From positions 621,998 through 685,997 of the forward strand of contig QPGO01000015.1 in NCBI GenBank assembly GCA_008632985.1: a stretch of 64,000 nucleotides of DNA, in the 5' to 3' direction. Source of the DNA: Psammoneis japonica (lineage: Eukaryota). Positions 13,301 through 23,731 of the stretch are shown here, in pieces. Each line of letters starts with the position of its first letter. Position 1 is the stretch's first letter. The position numbers and the translations under genes were made by a program. Below the pieces are notes generated by a model. It made no database searches. It was not told the origin of the DNA and was given only the letters and a program-made list of their open reading frames with translations.

Positions 13301-15775
13301 ACTATCGCGCGTTGACACTGGAGTAGTAACGCCGGTTGGCGACACAACTTGTCTGTAGAATTCGTAGCCGTATCCATTCATTGGAGTTGATTTTTTGCTC
13401 GACGAGGCTGAAGACTGTTCAGACGCAGGCGGTGTCTGCCGCGATGAAGCAGCGATAGATTGTGGCTGGATCCTCGATCCTGCGAAGAAGGCTGCGTTGC
13501 ACTTTCGGATACCTGTTCACTGCCGGGAGTATGCGGGCTCGATACTCTCCCATTTATAAGTGGCGTTGTTGCTCCCTGAGGGTCGCTGCCTTCGAGTGCA
13601 GCAGGAGCCGCGGCTGCAGGATGTTCTTGCAAGAGAAGACGCCCACTCGGTTTCTTTGTCAGCGAGTCCGGCTTGATGACCAAACGCTTCACAGAGGAAC
13701 CAATGTAAGCATTTGGGGACATGACTGGCGAACCTCCATTCTCAAGAGCTCTTACACTGGTAGGATGCTTGTTGCCGGAGACTTGGCAGGTCCAAAGCCA
13801 CGCGGCCGGATCTGCGCAGACGACTTCGGAAACGTCCGATACGACGACAGATCACCGGTTGCTGCAGAGTACGAGGATAGACGTGACGCGCTCTCCGAAA
13901 GAGGCTGCGGAGTAACAGTGGGCCCCTGGGATGCGCCACTTCGCCATACTTCTAATTTCTTCAGCTCCTCTGTTTGCCGCTGAACGGCGTTGAGCTGCTG
14001 CATCAACAAGGCATCCTGCGAAGGCATCTGAATTGAGCCCACCGGAACACCTCCCGTTGAAATAGCAAAAGGTGCAGCTGCCGTAGCTGGAGGAGCACCA
14101 AATAGACCTGTAGCTGGAGGCTGTGCGGGAGTCGTCGAGCCAAAGAGACCACCTCCAGCAGGTTTCGGGCCGCCAAACAGAGAGCCTCCAGCGGTTGGCG
14201 CTGGAGCTCCAAATAAAGAGCCTCCAGGGGCTGGAGCGGGTGCGCCAAAGCCTGTAGAAGGAGCAGGAGTTGCTCCGAACAAAGTGGTGGGAGCCGCGGT
14301 AGGAGCTCCAAAGACTCCAGGTGCAGGCGTTGATCCGAATGCACCAGTTGCCGGTGCTGGAGCTCCAAACAAGGAAGTGGCGGGAGCAGGTGTCGAAGAA
14401 AAGAGATTTCCGCTTGCTGGAGCTGCAGAAAATCGAGAAAAAGCATCTCAAAGTAAGAAAACACGAATATAGAAAACGGAATTGTCAATAAAAAAGGAAA
14501 GCAAAACGTACCCGGAGTAGCGCCGAACAATCCAGTTGTTGCGGGCGCGGGAGCCCCTCCTCCAAACAAAGAAGCACCTGGTGCTGGTGCGGGCGCTCCG
14601 CCAAAAATACCAGGCGCAGGTGCGTTGGCTGGAGCAGCACCAAATCCACCAAAGGGAGCGGGGGCCGGGGTAGTCGAGCCAAAGCCACCAAACGCTGGAG
14701 CCGGCGTGGGTGCACCAAACGCTCCTGTCGCTGGTGCGGGAGCCCCAAACGCTCCTGTTGCCGGAGCAGGTGCACCAAAGGCCCCTGTGGCGGGCGCCGG
14801 TGCGCCAAAGGCACTTGTGGTCCCAAACGCGCTTGGAGCTGGAGCAGGGGGGCTTCCAAACAATCCCGGTGCTGGAGCGGGAGCGCCAAAGGCGCTTGGA
14901 GCTGGCGCATTTGAACCGAAACCCATACCTCCGGGAGTGCCGCCGGAACCAGTACCCTTATTCCCCATGCTATAATCTTCAAAGCGCAGCTCTTCTGCTG
15001 ATTTGTTTTCAAATTGTGTCATGGCTGAAATGGATTGGAGAGAAATACTTGACGTTCCATCGACCTTGTTGGTGGCTTGGAATTGTACGTTTCTGGTTCC
15101 CTGTTGGCCAGCTGCTGGAGAACCAAATAGTCCTGGGGTAGGAGCCGGAGTTCCTCCAAAGATACTTGGTGCCGGAGCCGGCGCTCCAAACGCAGAAGTG
15201 GTGGCAGGCGTGGTGCCAAACGCAGACGTGGTGCCGGGTGTTGTGGTGCTTCCAAACAAGCCCGGCGCCGGGGCTGGGGTACCGAATGCTCCAGTAGCTG
15301 GAGCTCCAAATGCACTAGCAGTGTTGGTCTGCGTTCCAAATCCTCCAAAGCCACTGGTAGCTGGTGCAGGCGTGGTACCAAAGGCACCAGTAGCGGGCGC
15401 TGGAGCACTTCCAAACAGCCCAGTCGGAGCCGGTGCTGGGTTTCCAAAGATTCCCCCGGTGCTTGGAGCGGGTGCGCCAAATGGGCTAGCTGTTGTGGTT
15501 GATCCAAATGCTCCGGTTGCTGGGGCAGCTGCAGGAGTGCCAAACGCTGAAGTGGTTCCGAATCCAGTCGGCGCCGGTGCCGGAGCGCCGAATCCACCAA
15601 ATCCCGTGGGAGCAGGAGCAGGAGTTCCAAAGCCACCAAAGCCCGTGGACGGCGCCGGAGCACCAAACGTGGAGCCTCCTCCAAACGCCGGCGTAGTGTT
15701 GGTCTGTGTTCCAAACCCAGTGGGATTGTTTGTCGCAGGAGGCGAACCGAACGGTGCTGATGGTTGGCCAAACAT
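10311..15775 (-). CDS. NUP98: Nucleoporin Nup98-Nup96 precursor
   Basis: FG-repeat N-terminus, GLEBS motif (SISAM..FENKSAEELRFEDY), autoproteolytic domain ending in VQHFSRY, Nup96 region (GRSFRVGW, LDWRRRL). Intron about 14427-14508; a few apparent indels. Confidence 0.92.
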
Positions 15776-16694
15776 CTTATCGATTGAAATTGATTGATAG
15801 AGAGCCGAGTGTCAACAACAAGCAATCAGTAGTGTCGTACCCGAGTCGTTGTTGTCAATGCCAACTTGAAGACGCTTTCCAAAGTATGCAGTACAGCTGA
15901 TAAGTGTCACCGTGAACGTGTGAAGAGTCCCGAACTCTATCGAAAGCTGAGTGGTGTCACGACTGGCGGATGCACGCCTCGAGTTTTGTTGAACACCTAG
16001 AACTCCTTAGCGAGACTTGTGCGGCACAATCTATGGACCTCTGCGATCACAGCAGTAGAATAAAACAGATCAGAGGATGTTATGAGAAAGAGAGTGGACG
16101 GCACACGTGTCGATCAGCATCATTGCTTGCTGTCACCCTCGGTATGTTGCGTAGCAAAGCTACCGATGTCGATCCGGCGCGCCATACACAAGCAGCACGA
16201 AAACTGCAAATGCGACGCACGGCGCTCACCAAACAACACTCATTATAACCATACGACATGCCATAAAGACGGGTCACCCATGTAAAGCCGCTCACCTTAC
16301 CAACAAACGGAACCTACCGTCGCTGCAATGATCATGCAGCCACCGCAACGCCGTCGTGATTTTTTGTGGAGTTTCATACAGTGTACAGTGTATGGCGGCT
16401 GTCGTGCAAGTTGTGTATGTAGAAGCATTACGACGTCCTACGAAGATCAAACTCTGGCGGGCGTCTGGCAGACGCTGGATTTTCAATTTCTCCGCGCGCA
16501 AAGCAAGCGCGAAAAATCGCGCGTTTTCCGAACGTCTTGCCTTCTCACCCATGTTCTAACCACGCCCCGTAGAACCGCGCGTAGAAAAATGTCACGCTCC
16601 AGAATTTACTGGGGGAGAACGCCGAATCAGATTTTTTTCCTTGTTTCGCACGAGATTTGCAACGCAGCGACCATGACAGAACCCGTCACGTAAG

Positions 16695-17510
16695 ATGGGT
16701 GTTGGACGTCTGTGGCTCAAGGCGCTTGGCCCCATTGACGCTCAACCCTCTGTTCCTTCAGTGATGCCCGAGGGAAGAGACTTGGGGTCGACACGTCGGT
16801 TTGGCTGCACAAGAACTGTCACAAGGATGTCATGGCTCAGTGCATGATGTCGGATCCACCGCATCCACCAAAGAGCTTGTTGACAGCTCTTCAGTCAATG
16901 CATGAGAAGCTTGTGTCTGTGGGTGTTGCTCCAGTCCATGCATTTGATGTCATCGATGAAGGTGGCCAGAGCTCAAGAACCATCCAGAAAGCCAACAAGT
17001 GGATGGAGGAGTTCTAAAGCCCGAGATGGCATTCCGATGCCTGGCTCTGATCATGGCGAGGCGGCAAAGTGTGTCCGAGCTCTGTGCAACCCAAATGGAG
17101 ACATGGTTGGCTGCTTGGCAGCGTGGATGAAGCATGACAACGTTGAGTGTGAATGCGCTCCATTTGAAGCAGAACATCAGCTCGTGAAGATGGAGGCAGA
17201 GGGTCGGATTGATGCTGTCATGATGGAGGATGGTGACACAGCAATCCTTGGTGCAAAACTCGTTTGTTTCAAGGTTGACTTCAATGCTTGCAAGTGGAAG
17301 CGATGCCAAAGTGACAATCTTCCTGATGGGTGTCGCATTGGGGAGCATTCACTCGAGCACTGGGTGGCGACAGCGCCAATCTCCTTGGAGCGGACTGCAA
17401 CAAAAACATGCACAACATTGCATTTTCCAAGGTTTTCAATCACATTCTGCCACAGCTCTCAGTTTGGTCTGGCAAAACTGTCAACAAGGATGCATGGTTT
17501 ACACTGGTTT
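16695..17510 (+). pseudogene. XPG/FEN1/EXO1-like 5' nuclease pseudogene
   Basis: MGVGRLW...RLGVDTSVWLH (XPG-N) and APFEAEHQL...IDAVMMEDGD (XPG-I) motifs spread over shifted frames. Confidence 0.75.
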
Positions 17511-17944
17511 TGATGCTTCGTCCAAAGATTTTTTGCTGCATCCATTCTCCTGCTGCGGTTTCTACGTTGGGCGTGGCACGTGCTCTCGTGTTCTTGCAAC
17601 TGTGTGTGTGTTTCGTCAGATGCAGAGGTGTGCAGACCAAGGCATGTTTGAGAGAGCAATGCCACCGTCTCCTGTCGATCACACTCCATTTTTGATCGAG
17701 CAGATTACATTTGCAGAGACTTCTCAACGCCGCACCGCTTCATCCGCTAGAAATGAACAGCGATGCCATGCAAAACGAACTCCAATGTTTGCTGTGTCAA
17801 GCTTCTTCTTCTGCTGGCAGCAAACAAGAATGTTTTGTGTGAAATGTGTTGCAGTTGTGTGGACTTCGATGATTCGTCTGCTGGAAGTAGATCCAGATCT
17901 GCGGCTTCCCGCAAACAACAGCTGGCTGGATTCCGTGCCCAGGC

Positions 17945-18830
17945 CCCAGTGCGTTTCGATCAAGTCAGCCTTGCTTTGGAAGAACTTGGACTTGTGACAC
18001 AATCAATGGCAACAACATCATCTACAGAACGAGTGCTTTCCAACGAGGTTACTTTTGTTTCCACACCTCTGGCAGATCCGAACATTCATCTAGACATGCT
18101 GCCAATGACCCCGCACTTGCGCGCCCGAACCCCAATGCGTTTCGCTCAAGTGGGCGTTGCTTTAGAAGAACTTGGTTTTACAACACAATCAATGGCAATA
18201 ACATCATCTACAGAACAAGAGCTTTCCAACAAGGTTGCTTTTGTTTTCATGCCTCTAGCAGATCCGAATGTTCATCTAGATGTGCTGCCGACGACCCCGC
18301 ACTTGCGCGCCCGAGTCCCAATGCGTTTCGCTCAAGTGGGCGTTGCTTTAGAAGAACTTGGTTTTACAACACATCAACAGCAACAACATCATCTACAGAA
18401 CAAGAGCTTTCCAACGAGGTCACTTTTGTTTTCATGCCTCAGCAGATCCGAATGTTCATCTGGACATGCTGCCGACCCCGCACTTGCACGCCCAAATCCC
18501 GATGCGTTTCGCTCAAGTGGGCGTTGCTTTAGAAGAACTTAAAATTGTGGCACAATCAATGGCAATGACATCATCTACAGAACGAGTGCTTTCCAATGAG
18601 GCCTTTTGTTTCCACACCTCTGGCAGATCCGAACATTCATCTGGATGTGCTGCCGACCCCGCACTTGCACGCCCGAATCCCAGTGCGTTTTGCTCAAGTG
18701 AGCGTTGCTTTGGAAGAACTTGGACTTGTGACACAATCAATGGAATGACATCATTTGCAGAACAAGAGCTTTCCAACGAGGTTGCTTTTGTTTTCACACC
18801 TCCAGCAGATCCGAACATTCATCTGGACAC
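17945..18830 (+). repeat. Five-copy tandem repeat, unit about 181-186 bp
   Basis: The gcgttt anchor recurs at about 17951, 18137, 18323, 18504 and 18686; copies differ largely at TA/TG/CA and CG/TG/CA sites. Confidence 0.95.
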
Positions 18831-18929
18831 ACGGCCGACATTTCACGGCATTGCGATGCTGGTTCCGACAGCAGCAGACAGCAGCCCTTCACACACAGCA
18901 GCGCAGACTTACAAAGAACGATGATAAAA

Positions 18930-19594
18930 TCAACAACGGGCAAGACAAACATCACTTCTTCTAAATTTGAGATTCCAGCAGTCACATGGAAGACCGCTGT
19001 TCATTCCCGGCTTTCGCAATGGCCTCTTGGCGTGACCCCATTCCAGCACGCACAGCACCAGGCACAAATTTTCATGTGGCACTCCATCACAAAGGCCAGC
19101 CATTGCCACCAGACAAGCAAAAGCAGTTTCCACAGGGTGCCGTGCTCGACAAAGATCATGCTTGTCGGAGAGCTCCAGCTCATGACACTGCTCGACTTCT
19201 TGCTCTCGTCGCAACAACCGTGGCATCCGAGTTCCAGCAAAGCGAGGAAACAAACGATCTGTTTTCTCAAACCCCTTGTTTCCAAGACCTTCTTCATTTG
19301 GCGGCATCTTGTGCAGGCGCAAAAACACATCCCTGGGAGCCTCGCCATTGTTGTCCAAAACGCGGCCTTCTGGCATCAACTCGCTGCCGAGCCAGCATGA
19401 CAAATCCCGCCGGAACTCTTTCGTCATTTCCAAGTGTGCACTCAGGATGCACCTTTTAATTGTTTTTTGGTCACACAACTTGTGCAGTCTCTCAAACAGT
19501 TCAAGTTGCTGCAGTGGTTCCTCCGGAGAGTTCTGGGGCAACAAATGCAGCGCCTTCTTGCTCATGGCCTTCATTTGGTCGCGATTCTCACTCA
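18930..19594 (-). pseudogene. PIF/Harbinger-ISL2EU-type (DDE_Tnp_4-like) transposase, 3' part
   Basis: LGNKGF...P..LR...Q...E...CRARHPVETAF resembles the (A)DKGF...R..VE..F C-terminal catalytic region of this family. Confidence 0.6.
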
Positions 19595-20036
19595 GGCCTG
19601 TTCCAGCTCCAGGTGCTCCGCGTGGGTTCGATTCCCATCATTGGCCCATTTTTAGGTTTGGCGCAAATAACTTTTTCAAAATCCGTTTTTTGCCAAATCG
19701 AAGGGTGAGTGTACACTTTACATGTGTTTTCGGGTGTACACTCACCTTTCGATTTTCGAAATGATCAAAAATGAAGGAGTTAATTGTGCCAATGTGATTT
19801 TCGGCTGGTGTCCCATTCTACGTGAAAAATGCTCGTGATCACTCACTTTTTCATTTTTTGGAGCTCGTGTGTTTGGTCTTCTTCAACTCAAGTGACGTCC
19901 GAACACACCTCATTTCTGCAGACACAATGCAGTTAATTTGATTGAGCGCGCCAAAAAAATGTGTCCTCTCGACTTGCCATCCGTCTCATCCACCAGCCCT
20001 CTCGATGCACACTTTCAATCAAATTTCCAGCGCACC

Positions 20037-23000
20037 ATGGGCAACAAGAGGAAGAAGCAAAATGGAGTTGGCCGTCGACACAAGTCAGGGACTGGCAACA
20101 GCAAAAACAAGAAGCCTCGTCGTGAACTTGAAACACACTCCACGGTCTCCGACCATGTCGTTGCTGCAGCTGAAGCAGCTGCAGCCACTCCCTTCAATCC
20201 GAACAACCCAAGTTCTGCTGCCTCCGTCACTCCCTCCGTTGCTCCCACCGACCTGGCTGCTTTCAACCCAAACCCCTCCACAGAACACCTCACTCATTGT
20301 CCAGTGTCATCCTTGCCAAGACCGCCAGGCCCCTCCCAAATGCACACTGCAGGAGCGGCCACCACTCCCTCCAACCCTGACTCTGAGACAATGCCGCCGT
20401 CACTCCCTCCGTTGCTCCCACCGACCTGGCTGCTTTCAACCCAAACCCCTCCAAGGAACACCCCACTCATTGTCCAGGGTTGTCCTTGCCAAGACCGCCA
20501 GGCCCCTCCCAAATGCAAACTGCAGGAGCGGCCGCCACTCCCTCCAACCCTGACTCTGACAATGCCGCCGTCACTCCCTCTGTTGCTTTGGCCAACCCAA
20601 CTGCTGTCAACCTCACCGCCTCCCAAGGTTGCCCCACTTTTAATCCTCATGCATTCAAAGCAACCCACAAAGATCCCCAACAGGCACTTTGTCTTGCAGC
20701 GGTCAAAGTGAGAGAAGGAGTGTTGTCTTGCGCCGCCACTCAAGAACAACAAATCTGTGCGTTTGTGCATGCTTTGCATTTTCCCGAAATGGCCCCATTT
20801 CTTCAGGCTTGTAATTTGACATTGCCGAAAACAAATGCTGCGGCTTTGCAAATTGCCAAGCAGCTGGGCAAAATGTGGGCACGTGCCAATGACACCAGCA
20901 ATGGTCAACACCTCACCGACGACAAAAAATCGTTTGTCCGTGCTCTTGCAACTGGAATCTCCGGTTCACCAGAAAAATCTGCTGAAGAGGAAAAGTTGTC
21001 TTCCCATGACTACGCCAAGGCACTTGGCCTGAGACGGAGCACTGTTTGTTGCCAAATGAAGAAGGGAAAGATTGCCAGAGAGGCATTGCTTTCAAACACT
21101 GACGATGTCATGTGGTCTTCAGTGCAACCCCGTCGGCGTCCTCACAAAGTTTCCCCTGAGATCCGAAAGGCATTTGTGCACTGGTTGTCAAATCATCCCA
21201 ACACAGTGCAGTCTCCCAACACACGAGACATGATTCTCATTAAAGATGAAGATGGAAACAAGAAACGAGTGAACAAATGGTTGCGCAATGTGTCCACACG
21301 TGAGCTGCACAATGACATGTTGAAGCCTGTGTCTGTTGGCGGATTCGAACATGCACGTGATGCCAATGGCAAGACCCTCATCAGCGACACAATGTTTTGA
21401 TTTTTGATTCCCAAGCAGTGTCGAAAAATGAATGCAAGTCAACGCAGCATGTGTCAATGCAGCGATTGCACCAACGCCAATTTTCTACAAGATGCATTGA
21501 ACAGGTTTCGAAGGAAGCTTTTAAAAGAGATGGAGGTGGAGCAAAATCGGTTGAAGCTTGCGAGTGAGGATCCTGAGAACTTGGAGAACCATGACAGTGC
21601 CCTTGGCAAATTTGAGGAAACAATGCGTGTCTGTCAAGAGGAAGCGTTTGGCCCCAACGGTCATCACCTTCATCCTAAAGCCCGAGATGCAGTTGCAACC
21701 ATCATTTGTGGCAATGTCAATGGTCAGGATCATCCTCATTGGAAATGCGTTTTGGGTGAATGCGAGCATTGCCCATCCTGTCCAACTCCATTGTTGGAAC
21801 AGAATGAAAGTCCCAGTGCGCCCCAAGTTTTGTTTCAACGTCACTTGACTGTAAAAAGTTGTTCCAAGCATGGTGTGCACATGGAAGCATGTCCTGTTTG
21901 TGAGGCAGATCCAGATGGGAACAAGGACGCAAAGGTGAGACGTGGGACCTTGTTGACAAGGTTCTGAAAACCAGTCGGTGTCTTTATGAAAGAGCACTGC
22001 ATTCCAAGTTTAGAGAAGCTCCGCTGCCGCCTTCCCCACGTGGTCATTCTTGGGAAAAATCATTGCATGGAAATGCGTCGCAAAGCATTTGAGTCAACAC
22101 CCAACAGCCTGTTCACATCTCATGACTGCTCCAAGCGTCAGAAGGCAGAGTTCAACAAACAAGTTCAGGGTGACCATTGTGGCAACAACCGAACATTGTC
22201 AATCGAAGGAAGAGTTTGCGATGCAATGGTTGACAGTGAGCTTCAGAAAACACATCATGCACATCTCTCTGACTCTTCCAAGCAAGATGCCACCACCACC
22301 AATGCTCACTTGGAAAAGTTTGTCACCTGGTTAAAAAACCGTAACCTGCACAAGGCGTGGCTTGTGATTTGGGATCACACTGATGGTTGTGCCAAACAAC
22401 ACCAATGTGCTTTGGCACTGCACTTGTTGTCTGTCTTTGCGCGTGAATGCAACATTGTGTTTGACCGTGCCATTGGAGCACCTGGACATGGCAAAGGAGA
22501 GGATGATGGCATTGGAGCCTGCATCAAATCACTCACACGTCGAGAAATGCAGTCCACAACTGTTGCAGGAGTCAATGACAAGGATGGGAAAATCAGACCT
22601 GAAGCTTTGGTCATGGATGACAGCAGTGTTGCAGCCGCACACAGCCATGCAAAGGAATGTTGCAAAATGCTCACAAAGAACAAGAATGCTTTCGGCACAG
22701 TTGGTGACAGAAAACATGCCAAGAGGGAATCCCTTCAAAAGTTGGTGCAAAGGGTGTGTTGTCTGCAGGAAGCTGACAAAGTTCTTGGCTCTTCAATCAA
22801 AGTCAAGTTGACTGGATTGGTGCAAGTGTGCACGCGCCATTGTGGCATTGGAGCCTTGCACCATTTCCAATTTGAACCTCTTTTCCCCATTGGTTGGGTT
22901 GCGATGCAAAGAATTCCTTGTGCTTGTGAAGCCTGCCTGGATCAGCTGAAACGGCCTTGGGTTAAAAATGTCGAGCCAACAGAGCAGCCACAACATGCAG

Positions 23001-23731
23001 GTGGCAACCGAGCTTGCAAACTGTGGCCCATCTTTGAGGGACTGAACGATTGGCAAGTGTGTCAGGTGATTCAAACAGACAAGAGTGACGCCGACGAGGT
23101 GCAGCTGGTTCACAAATCTGTGCTGGACTTCCTGACTGAGGAAATGGCCAAGGAAATTGTTCCAAACAGCTGTGCTGCTTTGTCTTGTGAATCTGAGGAG
23201 GGACTCCATCTGCTGCAATGGGATGAACTCCCCCACAAAGCACAGGAGGATGAGGTTCACAAAGAGTTTGACCCACCCATGACTGTTGAGGCCGGTGAAT
23301 GGGTTTGCAAGGGAACGTGTCTCAACCCTGTTCCACGGGCAAGAGGATGGCACACTCCCGGTGATGCTGAGGAATGCAAGACAAGAGTGTTGCTCAAGCA
23401 AATTGCAATTGCCAACACTGAGCTTGATGAACCATCAGCCAATCTGGAACTGCCAAGCACGTGCAACAGGAATGAGGCTTCACTTCTTCATCCACGTCAT
23501 TTGAGTGATGACGAGCATGAAGGAATTCTGGATGCTATCCAACAGCGGGAGGCAATGGATTGTTTTGAGGACTGTCCAGACGAGGTGGAGGAACAAGACA
23601 TCGAAACTGGTGAGTGGGGGGGAGAGAATGACGACATGGAAGACACTGTGGAGGATGACAAGAGCGCGGCAGGGGACAGCGACAGTGACAATTCTGATGA
23701 ACAAAGTGGCAATGTCACGCAACTAGATTGA
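20037..23731 (+). pseudogene. Element ORF1: RNase H-fold DDE-like transposase with Cys-rich domains (about 1200 aa ancestral)
   Basis: Motifs DHTDGCAKQH.C and GAPGHGKGEDDGIG. ORFs starting at 20480, 21404 and 21986 share one frame broken by two TGA stops; frameshifts in the N-terminal repeats. Confidence 0.75.
20224..20600 (+). repeat. Tandem repeat of about 170 bp (2 copies plus a partial) in the ORF1 N-terminus
   Basis: ccgtcactccctc(c/t)gttgct recurs at about 20224, 20397 and 20567. Confidence 0.9.

Noticed and set aside
14003..15825. Long antisense and alternative-frame ORFs over Nup98 (also 44034-45019 over the PHD gene)
   Set aside because: Shadows of low-complexity repeat coding sequence.
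1..17510. RAD5-like helicase and EXO1-like nuclease as the machinery of the TpA mutator
   Set aside because: Only proximity supports it; the nuclease is itself a mutated pseudogene and RAD5 is a housekeeping repair gene.
17945..18830. Possible CRISPR-like array
   Set aside because: Units of about 185 bp repeat in full with no unique spacers; the context is eukaryotic.
19577..19650. tRNA gene
   Set aside because: Only a T-arm-like hairpin is present; the upstream sequence is TIR and host ORF, with no cloverleaf.
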